NCBI RefSeq assembly: GCF_030028105.1
Contig: NC_092380.1
Span: 22,097,144 to 22,161,143, forward strand
Direction: 5' to 3'
Source of the DNA: Mobula birostris
Taxonomy: Eukaryota
Length of the DNA stretch: 64,000 nucleotides
In this document: in pieces, positions 49,250 through 60,697 of the stretch
Layout of the letters: each line of letters starts with the position of its first letter
Position numbering within the stretch: position 1 is the first letter of the stretch
Translations under genes and position numbers: made by a program
The notes under the pieces: generated by a model
What the model was told of the DNA's origin: nothing
The model's database searches: none
What the model saw: the letters and a program-made list of their open reading frames with translations, nothing else

Positions 49250-49845
49250 TCAATCTACTCTGCATTCGCGGTAGTCGTAGGCAGCTGTCGATCCCAGGGG
49301 ATCATGGGTTTGCGCCTCTGGTGGACTGTGGCCTCTCCAGGGCACAAGCCTGGGTGGGAAGATTTGAAGAACTGGCTGTTGCCCATGCGGTGGGTTACCC
49401 CTCTCCATGTCACTGATGTCGCTCAAGGGAAGGGCAAGTGCCGATACAGCATAGCACAGTGTCGTTCCAGAGATTGCCAGAGTGAAATTGTAAACAACAT
49501 CAAACTGCCTTAGGGACTCCGGCTCCAGATTTCTTCCTCGGGGTTTGCTCCCGAAGCCTTTCTCATGGGTGGGTATGGCCGCAAGGCAGCAGAGGTTTAA
49601 AATCAGAGTTTTCCTTCTCCTAGGCGGGCTTCCATCCAACGCTGATCAGCCCCATCTGCCAGAGGCAACTGGTTTTGAGGGGCCAGTGGTCCACCTTTGC
49701 CCCTTCTCTTGTCAGTAGGAACAGTTCTGCTGGGCCTAATAGCTAAGCCGCACTTGAAGGCCAAGAGTTGGACTTAGTTGTCAGGGGCTGTTGGAGACAC
49801 ACACCGTTTGGATCTTATCCCCACTACCAGCCCCGGCTATGACAA
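49250..49845 (-). mobile_element. Non-autonomous retroposon, second copy of the 4310-5105 family
   Basis: Colinear similarity with 4310-5105. Confidence 0.55.
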
Positions 49846-49849
49846 CCTT

Positions 49850-50455
49850 AGGAACCACACAACCTTCACAGTAGATACAAAGAAACACAACAGAATCAAT
49901 GAAAAACTACACACAAAGATGGACAAATGATCAATGTGCAAATACATAAAAGCTAATAATGAGTGAATGATAATATATAATGTCGAGAACATAAGTTGTA
50001 GAGTCCTTGAAAGTGAGTCCATAGCTTCTGGAATCAGTTAGAGTGAAGTTACCCACGCTGATGGTTGTAGAGTAATAACTGTTCCTAGACTTGGTGGTGC
50101 AGGACCCAAGGCTCCTGTAACCTCCTCCTCGATGGCAGCAGGCCGAAGAGAGCGTGGACCCAACCTGGAAGGTGAGTGCGGACTTTTTGATGGAGGCTGC
50201 TTTCTTGTGGCAGCACTGCTTGTAGATGTGCTCAGTGGTGGGGAAGGCTTGTCGCGTGAAGAACTGGGCTGTATCCTCTACTTTTTGTAGGCTTTTCTGT
50301 TCTTGGGTATTGGTATTTCCATGCCAGGCTGTGATATAACCAACCTGGATGCTCTCCATTGTGAATCTATAGAAGTTTGTCAAAGTTTTAGATCAAATGC
50401 CAAATCTGCGCAAACTTCCGAGAAAGTAGAGGCACTGCCTTGCCTTACTTGTAAT
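49850..50455 (-). mobile_element. Rex1/Babar-like LINE fragment
   Basis: TNFYRFTMESIQVGYITAWHGN...KKAASIK. Confidence 0.7.
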
Positions 50456-52112
50456 GGACAGACGTTGAACCATGGTGAAGCTCATACCCCAATACTGAAT
50501 AGAGTGGCAGTCCATTAAATATTTCCCAAAGGGCCCAGTGGGTTCAGGCGGTGATCGGGAAACCTATGTATAATATCTTCTGTGTGTTGTCTGTATTTAA
50601 TAACTGTCCGATCATGTTGCTGAGGCTTTTAAAAAATATATATTTTCCAGCCAGCGTGGGAAGGCGGGATTGAGCAAAGATGGGCATGTCAGGCAACCAA
50701 TGGCATTCTGTTGGGTGGGACCAATGTCATTGGAGATCATGTGACTTGATCCTCGATAATACATTCAAACAGAGTTGAGAACCCAAGTCTTGGAGGCATT
50801 GGGGGATGGGGTGTAGCAATGGGAGGGAGGGAGGGAAAGGAGGTAGGGGTGGTGGAATAGAGTGGAGATGTTTAGTGGGGGGGAGTCCTGAATTGGGGAA
50901 CATGGAGATTTAAAGGAACTGGGGGGTTGTTGGGGAGAACAGGGAAGGTCATTTGAAAGGAAGGATCAGGAATAATGGTTGGAAGCATGGGAAGAATTTG
51001 AGGGAGAAGGAAGGTGGTCGGACAAATGGACAGGGTAGAGGACATGGGTAGATAAGAAATGAATTGGAGAATAGGGATGCAGTAAGGAGGGAGAGGATGG
51101 ACAGAGTTGGATATCGAAGGAACAGAGGACTGCTCCGAATTGTACGGTATGTTTCTCTCAACAGGATTTTAAAGAAAGACTGAAGATTAGTTTTACTTGT
51201 CACTTATACATTGAAACATCGAAGCATAGGTTTTATATCAACGTCTGAGGTGTCGCATGCCCACGGTGACTCATGAACCCTAACCCCTACGTCTTTGGAC
51301 TGTGGGAGGAAAGCGGAGCATGCGGAGAAAATCCACGCGGACACAGGGAGAGTGTACAAACTCCTTACAGACCGTGGTGGGAATCGTTGCTCAAGAACCG
51401 ACTTCTCTTGTCCAAGTCGTGGATAACTAGGGCGTCTCAGTCGTGTTAATGAAAGAAGTGAATGTGAACGAGATAGGAAAGAAAGTGAACTGTTAAAGTT
51501 ACTTGGAGCAGTGCTGGGGAGGTGAGGGCAGAAACCCCCTCTTCCACCCCCCTTGTGTTTATAATGTACGAGGAGCTGACAGTTTGAGGAGGCTGACAAC
51601 CCTGAACTCAGATCTGGGAGGTAACTGTTGCACTCATTGGCTAGTATGAACATAATGGGCCAAATGGCCTCCTGTGCTGCTTGGTTTCACATCAAAGGAG
51701 CTAAAGATGAGCTTTACTTGTCATATGTACATTAAAACATACAATGAAATACATTGTTTGTGTCAATGACCAACACAGTCTGAGGACGTGCTGAGAGCAG
51801 CCCACAAGAGTCACCACACTTCCAGTGCCAACATAGTGTGTCCACAGCTCACTAACTGTAACCCCTACTACCCCTTTGGAATGTGGGGGGGGGGGCACAA
51901 TTGGAGCATCTGGTGGAAACCCACATGGTCACAGAAAGAAGATACAAGTTCCTTACAGCCAGTGGTGGGAATTGAACCCCAATCGCGATGGCTGCCACGG
52001 TAAAGCATCACACTAACCACTGCATCACAGTGCCACCCCCCCCCCATGTGTAATTTATTTTGTTTTAGCCACTCTCCACAGCTTCTCACGACTTGTCTCT
52101 GTTTCTCTGCAG

Positions 52113-52225
52113 CCTGGTGTACGGAGGGTCCCGAGGTTCACACCCAGAGACGGATATCCTGCACCGACAGGCCTATGCCACCCCTCATCCTCTCCAAGGC
52201 TATGCCACCAATCACCACCCAGCAG
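52113..52225 (+). CDS. PRR12: PRR12 coding exon 2 (113 bp)
   Basis: Polypyrimidine tract with AG acceptor at 52111-52112 and GTAGG donor at 52226. Translates (S)[37 protein letters not shown](G), which matches the recalled N-terminus of vertebrate PRR12 ([38 protein letters not shown]). Confidence 0.95.
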
Positions 52226-52479
52226 GTAGGTGCCCATGCTGTGGGAACACCAGCACGACAGAATCGGGGATGTGTGCCGGCCCCACCCTGATCTGTCACT
52301 TCACAGCCGGTCTTTCCACTAAACCCTTCCTTTGGAACACCAATCCCTATCTGCAGTGCAGTGGGTTTGGTACTGGGTGGTACCTACTGAGATTGTGAGA
52401 TGTTTCGACGAGTGACACTTGGAGGTGGATCACTACAAAGTATGGCTACGTCACCTAATCTCCTCTGCCCTTTTGTACT

Positions 52480-52897
52480 GACAGTTACGCCGCTGGTGTT
52501 TAGGGCAGCAATGAAGGTCCTCCATCTCTGGTGGTGTTCAGGGCTCCCTTCATCATGTTGGAAGCTTCCTCTCGGTTTTCGCTACTGTCAGTCATGGAAA
52601 TCCTGGGTGGAGACTCAGGAATACCATCACACTCAGATGTAGAAGGATTCTTCATTGCTGTTTCTGTAACAGTTTTGTTTTACCAGTCAGGGTTGTTAGC
52701 CCTGAGCTGAACCCCCGAACCTGGAGGACCGGTGGACCACTCTTAGTTTGGCCTCTACCCTTTGACCTGTTTGGCATGGGTGACCCTACCAAGAACCAAA
52801 GCATGAAGCCCTGACTCCAGCCAACGTAGCTCTCTGGGTCATTGAGGCACGCAAGCCTCCAAACCCTACGACGAGGTTGTGGTCCTCCTGGAGGTCT
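52480..52897 (-). mobile_element. Bipartite RTE-derived element in intron 2
   Basis: Best-preserved copy of the 29165 family; tail reads (reverse complement) agatggaggaccttcattgctgccctaaac. Confidence 0.7.
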
Positions 52898-54760
52898 TGC
52901 ACCGAATGCTTTGGGCTTTTTCTGACCAATACTCTACACTGGTCCTAGATATAAAGTAAAATAGCACGGTGTTAGATGCAGCTGATTTTGCAGTCCAAAG
53001 CTTCTTCAGAGCTTAAGAATAAGGCATAAGATTTGTTGGCTACAGCCATTTATTAAGTGTTACAGTAACAAAGAATGGACAGAGAAAAAACAAAAAAGTC
53101 ATGGTTGTCTTGTGCTTAAGAAAACAAGCTTGAACTAGAGAGATAGCAAGACAAACCCTGATAGCAAATAGCCTACGAAGTAGCCAGGTTTAAATTCTTG
53201 GTTCTTATTATGCTTAGTAAACGCGTAGAGCCATCAATTTTTATGCCTTATTCTTGACTTGCAGAGAACTTTGGATCGTAAAGTCACCAGGGTCCAACAC
53301 CGTAATGTATCTCCGTGTGTGTCTCTGAGTAGTGTCATGTGCAGGTCAGAAAGTCTCCACAGCATCCAGCGCAAAAGGGCAGAGTATACTAGACACAGAA
53401 GCTCCTAGAAAAATGCAGAATCAACTACACTACAATTACTGGAAAATTCACCGAGCAATTATACACATATAGATGATTATATAGAAATACAAAGTTAAAC
53501 TACGAGGCAAGTAACAATTTTGCACTCGAATCCAACAATGAATGTAATCTCTATAGTCCTCTCTCCGCACTGACCATTAACCTCTTGTTCACACTAATCC
53601 CACTTTCTGATCGCCGCGATGACCCTCTCCAGATTCTCCCCCTCACCCACGTACTCAGGGCAATTTACAACAAGTCAGTCAACCCACTGCCCTGTACGCC
53701 TTTGGGATGCGGGATTGACCGGCTGAGCTCTTCCTGCATATGTACAATGCCTATGTTCAGCAGAAAAATACAAGCAGCAGCAACAACCACAGCGAGTACA
53801 GCGAAACAAGCCCCTTTCCCATCCCTCGCACCCACCCACCAACTCTCACATGAAGTCAGGTCTCCAACCCCAGAACAGGCCCCACCCCGGGCCTCCAGCC
53901 CTTGTCCTCGAATTTTCAATTTTGCAGACCTCAGGCCTCCAACTTTGGGCTTCAACCTAGGACTTGCCAATCATGGGTTTGACATTCGGACCTTGACTTC
54001 TGGACACTTTTGTCTTTCCTTCCACCCCTCCCCTCAACAAGGAGACACAGGAGACGGCCAGGCGCTGGAATCTGGAGCAACGTGTAGTCTGCTGGAGAGA
54101 CTCAGTGGGGCGAGCAGCATCTGTGGGGGAGGGAAGGGGGGGAAGGAAGCCTTGACGTTTTGGGCCTTGTTGCAGGATTTTGTCCCAAAACATCGAAACT
54201 TCCTGACACTGGGGGGAGGGGGGGTGCGCTAACGGGGAGAGGCTATTGCCCTGAACCTGGTGGGGGAAGGTGTGAGGAGCACATTCCCAATTGCCCTGAG
54301 CCTAGTCAGGGAAGGATTCAATTCCTAATGGATTGGGGCTGGAAAGGGGGTTGGGGGGGTGAAGAGCCCATTCTCCAGTGGCCTGGAACTGGGGAAAGCG
54401 TGTAATTTATTCCCCTGGGCCCTGGAGCTGGGTGGTATAAAGCCCATTTCCTACAGCCCTGGGGCTGGGGGTTGGGGTAGACCCAATCTCCAAAGCCCTG
54501 GGTCTAGGAGGGATGGGCCCCATTCAAAGAGTGGCCTGTCCAACATCTACCCCTTCACCAATGTCACTGGAATCAGTTGGTGTGTCTGGAATCTTGCTGT
54601 ATGCAGGTTGCCTCTTGCCTGCGCCCCCCCTCCCCCCCAAGGATTGCTGTGGCTCCTAAAGTGTTTTTTGGGTGGGCCTTGAGCTTCCTGGTTGTGGGAC
54701 CGATCCCTCAGGTGGGAGTTAGACGTGGCCCCTAAGCACATGCTGTTTCTTCTGCCCTAG

Positions 54761-54922
54761 GCCTCTCGGGCCTCTTCGAGACAGGCCTGCATCACGCCAG
54801 CAGCACCACCCCTGACGCGTCCGTCATGAACCTCATCTCAGCCCTGGAGTCTCGGACACCACAGCCCGGCCCTTCTGCATCTTCCCTCCTCTCTCAGTTC
54901 AGGACGCCATCTTGGCAGACAG
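54761..54922 (+). CDS. PRR12: PRR12 coding exon 3 (162 bp, phase 1-1)
   Basis: Acceptor tttcttctgccctAG ends at 54760; donor GTAGG at 54923. Translates (G)[53 protein letters not shown](A), in frame with exons 2 and 4. Not in the ORF track. Confidence 0.95.
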
Positions 54923-55371
54923 GTAGGTTGGGCTTTCGGTCTCAGCTCGGAAGAAGATTAGAAGGTTAGCTTTATTTGTTGTGTGTACCTCAAAACATTG
55001 AAACAAACACTGAGATGTGTTGTTTGCCTCGATGACCAACACGGTCTGGTGATGCGCTGGAGGCAGCCCGTGAAAGTAGCATGCCCACAACTTACTAACC
55101 CTAACCCATTCAGTCCTGTGCAAAAGTCGAAGTACATATATATGGCTAGGGTGCCGAAGACTTTTGCACAACACTGTAGTTATTTTATGTGTTGCACTGT
55201 TCTGCTGCCACAAAGAAAAACAAATTTCATGGCATATGTGTGACTCCTTCTCTGCTTCCTCCTATGGCACTCCACCCTCACCATTCCCAACATCCTTTGC
55301 TCCCGCCAGATTTACAAACTCTCTCTCTGCTCCACGTTGACAAATACAGTACTGTGCAAAAGTCTTAGGCA

Positions 55372-56948
55372 CAGTTGCAAGAAAAAGTCTGTGAACCTGG
55401 TTTTCTGCATTAATTACTCAAAATGTGGTCTGATCTTCATCTAAGTCACAATAATAGACAAATGCAATCTACCTAAACTAATAACACACAAACAACTGTA
55501 CTTTTCATGTCCTTATTGGACACAATGTTTAATTATTCACAGTCCAGGCTGGAAAAAGTATGGGAAACCTTGTATTTAATAACTGGTAGAACTTCCTTTA
55601 GCAGCAATAACCTCCACCAAACATTTCCTGGAGCTGCTGATCAGACTTGCACAACTGTGAGGAGGAATTTTAGACCATTCCTCCATGCAAAACTGTTTCA
55701 GTTCATCAATATTTCTAGTATATCTCTTCAGGTCATGGCGCAGCATCTCAATTGGGTTAAGGTCTGGACTCTGACCTGGCCATTCCAAAACAAAACTTTT
55801 GTTCTTTCTAAACCATTCTGTTGTTGATCTGTGTTTTCGATCATTGTCTTGTTGCATCATCCAGGTTCTATTAAGCTTCAGGTGATGGACCCACTACCCT
55901 GGCATCCTGCTGTAAAGTGTCTTGTTACAACTTGGAACTCATTATTCCCTCAACGATTACAAGCTGTCCAGGCCAAAAGCAGCCCCAAACCATGATGCAC
56001 CTTCCACCATGCTTCACAGTTGGGATGAGGTGTTGGTGTGCAGTGCCTATTTTCCTCTAACCATGCTGGTGTGCATTTCTGCCAAGAGCTTCAACTTTCA
56101 ACCACCAAAAGGTCTCATCCCTCCATAGAACATTGTCCTAGAAGTGTTGTAGAGCATCCAGGAGGTATTTTGCAAACTTGAGATGGCTGCTTTTTTTTTT
56201 TGAAAGCTATGGTTTCCTCCGTGGTGTCCTTCCATAAAGACCATTCCTGTTCTGTGTCTTCCTTATAGTGGACACATGAACAGAGACTAGCAAGTTCTGG
56301 AGGTTTTTGCAGGAGTTTTGCTGTTACCCTTGGGTTCGTTTTCAGCTCTTTCAACTTTACACATTGTGCTCTTGGTGTGATCTTTGCAGGATGCCCACTC
56401 CTAGGGAGAGTAGCAACAGTACTGAATTCCCTCTATTTGTAGACAATTTCTCTTACTGTGGACTGATGAACACTCAGGTCTTTAGAAATGCGTTTGTAGC
56501 CTTTTCCAGCTTCATACATCTCTACAATTCTTCTAAAGTCCTCTGAAAGTTGTTTTGATCGCGGCACGGTGCACATGAACAGATCCTTCTTGAGAAGAGC
56601 AGGCTCTGTCAGTAACCTGACTTTATGTCTCTTTTTTTTAATGGGGCAGGGCACCTCTACAACTCACACCTCCAATCTCATCTCACTGATTGGAATACCT
56701 GACTCCAAATAGCTTTTGTAGATGGCATTATCCCAGAGGTTCACATACTTTTTCGAACCTAGACTGTGATCGTTTAAATGGTGTACTCAGTATTGACGAG
56801 AAGTACAACTGTTTGTGTTTTATTAGTTTAGGCAGATTGTGTTTGTCTATTATTGTGACTTACATGAAGATGAGACGACATTTTATGAGTAATTAATGCA
56901 GAGAACCAGGTCATTCCAAAGGGGTCAGAAACTTTTTCTCACAATTAT
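55372..56948 (-). mobile_element. Decayed Tc1-family transposon with long (about 200 bp) IR/DR-type TIRs
   Basis: Inverted ends (ggttttctgcattaattactca...ctaaactaataa and reverse). Peptides PRSKQLSEDFRRIVEMYEAGKGYKRISKDL and MQQDNDRKHRSTTEWF...WPGQSPDLNPIEML. Frameshifted. Confidence 0.92.
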
Positions 56949-57176
56949 ATATGCCTAAAACTTTTGCTCAGTGGAGTAGATCTTTGGAATATGTGAGGAA
57001 ACTGGAGGAAGTGCACACAGTACACACTCTGGAATTGAGACCAGAACACCCGCACTGTAGTAGCATTACACCGGCCACCAAGGAGCACAGAGTAAAGGGC
57101 GGGTCACGTTTCAGAGGGTTTGCAGGGTCACGTGGATCGTGTGATAAATTAATCTTCCTGTCCTTCCCTCTCCCAG

Positions 57177-60100
57177 CCATGCACACGCCAGGACCAGCTG
57201 AACTCTTCATTTCCGGAGCTATCCCGGGTTCAGGAACGTTCCCGTCCTCGTCCACCCTCTCAGCCTATCAGCACCCAGCCTCGTTCAGCGGCCGCAGCTT
57301 TCCGGTCACCTCGTCGCTCACCCTGCCGGACGCCACCTTCAGCCCCAGCTCCAACGGGTTGCTCTCGCCCCACGACCCCCTGCTGCACATCAAGTCCTCG
57401 CAGTCCAGCGTGCCCTCGTCGCTGACCTTTGACCGGCTGGGCAGCGCCGTGCTGGGCACCGGCCTGCCCGCCCAGAGCTCAGCCTACCGCACGGCCCAGG
57501 AGTCAGCCTCCCGCCACCTCCAGTCCCAGTTCAACCTACTGTCCTCGCCGCTGGGCCCCACCGAGCAGGCCTCACAGCTTTACAACACCTCGGTCTTTTC
57601 CGGCTCGCCCGCCTCAGGCATTGAGAGGGCCATCCCCAGGCAGGACAGCGTCATTAAGCACTACCAGCGACCCTCCAGCGCCCAGCCCCAGCTGCCAGCC
57701 TCCCACCACTCTCTGCAGCACTACCTAAGCTGCGGCGGCAGTCATGGCTTCCAGCAGATGGCCCGGCACCCGGCCCTGCCCTGCAGCCCCTTGGGAGAGC
57801 CCTCGCCTGCCAGCAGCGAGGGCAGCCAGAAGGGCTCGCAGGCCCGAGGCACCGGGGAGCCCTCACAGAGCTACCGGCCCATCATCCAGTCGCCCGGCTA
57901 CTCCTCGGCCTCCTCCTCCTCCAAGTCTAAGAGCTACTCGTCCTCCAGGCAGGCAGGTCGCTCCACCAGCACCCCCAAGTGCCAAAGCATCTCCTCCACG
58001 GGGCAGTCCCACCACTACTCCTCGGCGGCGCCCAAGGCCAGCTCGGTCATCTCCAGCCAGCCTCAGGCCTACTCGCCCGGTCAGACCCAGAGCCTGCTGA
58101 CCCTGACCCAGTCGCAGAGCTACAGTGTGGCCCAGGCCCAGGCCCAGGCCCAGGCCCAAGCTCAGGTCCAGGCTCAGAGCCTGGCCTCCGTCACCCAGTC
58201 GCAGGCCTTCGCCTCCAGCCAGTCACAGGACCCCGGCAGTGGCGGCAAGACACAGAGCTACTCACCGGCCCAGCTGTCAGGCCTGGCCTCGGTGGGCTCC
58301 ATCCAGAGTTACGGTGTCCAGTCAGAGCCCCACTCGGCACCAACACAGGGCTACGTGACGGCCCACTCCCAGGGCCTTCCCGTCGCCAGTCCCTCCCTCA
58401 GCTACGCTCCGGGACATTCCCCAGCCCTGACCAGCCACGGGCCGTCCATCGTCTACTCATCAGCTAGCCATGTGCAGGCCCTGCCCGACTCCAGCCCCTC
58501 GCCCATCATCCGGCCGCTCCAGTCGCCGGGCACCGGCCGCTCCCAGGGCGTGCCCTCGCCAGGCCAGCCCCAGAAGTACCTGCCCTCAGTCCTCTCACCT
58601 TCCTTCATCCAGTCCTCGCACTCCCAGGGCTTCCAGTCGCCCCAACCCTCCATGGAGAGGGCTGGGGCCTATGGCAAGGCCAAGCCCGACTCGGATCTGC
58701 TGTCCTCAGAGAGGACGGAGGACGAGGACTTCCTCATCCAGCACCTGCTAGACTCCCAGAGCCCGCCGCGTGTCTCTACCCAGAGCCTGGTCGAATGCGA
58801 GGAACGGGCACCCAAGGGTCTGGCCTACGAGATGTCCAAGCCTGAGGAGCGCTACCACCTCCAGAGCGTCATCCGCACCAACTCCAGCCTGGACAGCCAG
58901 GTGCTCGAGATGTCCCTGCAGGGCCTGAAGGAGAAGAAGAAGGCAGAGAGGCCCAAGGAGTACGTGGTCCGCTCGTCCACGGAGGCCCTGGCCACCACCG
59001 TAGTCCACTACAGCCACCAGGCCAACAGCATCGACAGCCTGGCCCGGGACATCAAGAAGTCGGTGGATCACTTACAGGGCAAGGAGCTGGCGCAGGGCCA
59101 CGGCTACCTGACGGAGGGAGGTGACCCGTCATCGCGGGGCCATCGGCTGGAGCCCCACGCCATGATGCAAGGGCAGCCGGCCTCCCAGCTGATGCTGGAC
59201 GCCTCGCCCGAGATGCCCCTGGCCCTGCCCCACCAGGGGTCCGGCCAGCCCTCTCAGCTGCTGCCCTCGGTGCTGACCCACACCCAGAGCCAGCCCCCGC
59301 CACAGCCCCCTCCGCAGCCGCCGCAGCAGCCCCCGCCGCAACCCCAGCAGCCGCAGCCCCGTAAGGTGCCGTCCGCCATGGACGTCCACCTGCTCGAGCC
59401 CCAGCGGCTGCATTCAGAGGCCCCCTCTCCCCAGCTCCAGATGCTGGAGGTGCACCTGCACCCCCACCCCCCGCTGCTGGACTCCCGGCAGATGCCGGCT
59501 GAGCCCCCCTCGCCCCGCCTGGCCCCCCCGCCACCCCCGCCGCCCCCTCCCCAGCCGCCCGGCGAGCGCCTGGCCCCGGCCCCCACCGCTCCCGAGGGCC
59601 TGGCCCAGGCCGAGCGCCTGCCCCCGCCCCAGGAGATGCAGGAGTTCCTGGAGCCGGAGCTGCACCTGGAGAACCACCTGTCCCAGGGCGGGCCGGTGGC
59701 CCCCCAGTCCCACCTGATGGCTGAGGGGGGAGGCGAGGGCCTGCAGCTGGACCAGCCCGAGGCCCGGCAGCAGGTGGCGCCCCCTCCGCTGGAGCCCAAG
59801 GACCAGTACGGTTCGGCCAGCCCGTCCAGTGGCAAGGGGCGCTTTGTCCCGCTGACCTCGATCTGCTTCCCGGACTCCTTACTGCAGGACGAGGAGAGAA
59901 ACTTCTTCCCCGGCATGGAGGACATGTTCTGCCAGGCGGCGTGCGGGGGCGAGGAATATAGCAAGCACGCTGGCGAGGAGGGAGGCCAGGCCCTGGAGCG
60001 GCCTGACGCCATGAACATGATCCACTCCAACCAGACCTTCACCGGCTACTGCCCCCAGGAGGGGGCTGGCGGGGGCGGAGGGGCGGGAGGGGGACAGCAG

Positions 60101-60697
60101 AGCGTCCACCTGGATCTCGAGCAGGTGTCCATGAAGCCCGAGATGGAGCCGGCGGCCTTGACCCAGCCGAGCCAGCGGCCTGCCGGCTCTGAGCTAAAGT
60201 CGCCGCTCACCACCGCCAGTTTCTGCAGCATGAAGAACAGGAAGTTCCTCAAGACGTCGTCCTTGCACCTGCTGAAGAAGAAGGACTCGCCCCCGCAGCC
60301 TCCCAAGAAGACCTACGCCCAGGAGTATGAGTTTGAGGACGAGGAGAAGGAGGACGTGCCGGCCGACATCCGGCTGAACAGCCGGCGGCTGCCAGACCTC
60401 CTGCCGGACCTGATCTCCAGCTGCCGAGCCCGGGGCAGCATCAGCCCCGTCTCCGACATCGACTTCTGCGCCGGCAGCCTCAACGGCGGCAAGAAGAAGC
60501 CCAAGCGGGCCTCCAAGCCCAAGGAAAAGGGGCCGCCGCGCCCCCGAGGCAGGCCCCGGATCCGGCCCCTGGAGCCCCCGCAGGGCGTGGCCCTCGATGG
60601 CCCCAAAAAGAGAGGGCGGGGCCGCGGCAGGGGCAAGAAACTGGCCGAGGGCGAGAACGAGGGCTTCAAGATGGAGAAGCAGGCGAAGCCCAGCAAG
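57177..60697 (+). CDS. PRR12: PRR12 large coding exon 4 (3521 bp; S/Q/P-rich, two AT-hook-type motifs at the 3' end)
   Basis: Lies inside ORF 56951..60742. Acceptor tccttccctctcccAG ends at 57176; donor GTAAGG at 60698. Begins AMHTPGPAELFISGAIPGSGTFPSSS and contains PRR12-type blocks PRQDSVIKHYQRP, YRPIIQSPGY, DFLIQHLL, YHLQSVIRT, RFVPLTSICFPDSLLQDEERNFFP, YAQEYEFE and DVPADIRLN. These fit PRR12 better than its paralogue QSER1. High GC3 codon bias. Confidence 0.95.
60532..60640 (+). other. PRR12: AT-hook coding motifs PPRPRGRPRIRP and KKRGRGRGRGKK
   Basis: Canonical RGRP core in the exon 4 translation, followed by an RG-repeat hook; PRR12 is known to carry AT-hooks. Confidence 0.8.

Noticed and set aside
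56951-57176. N-terminal 75 aa of the 1263-aa ORF
   Set aside because: Intronic. The ATG lies in a MITE arm and PRR12 homology begins after the AG at 57176. The last 14 codons past the 60698 donor are likewise intronic.
57177-60697. Assignment to QSER1
   Set aside because: The paralogue shares the N-terminal pattern, but MHTPGP.ELFISGA, HYQRP, YRPIIQSPGY, FVPLTSICFPDSLL and the AT-hooks are PRR12-type.
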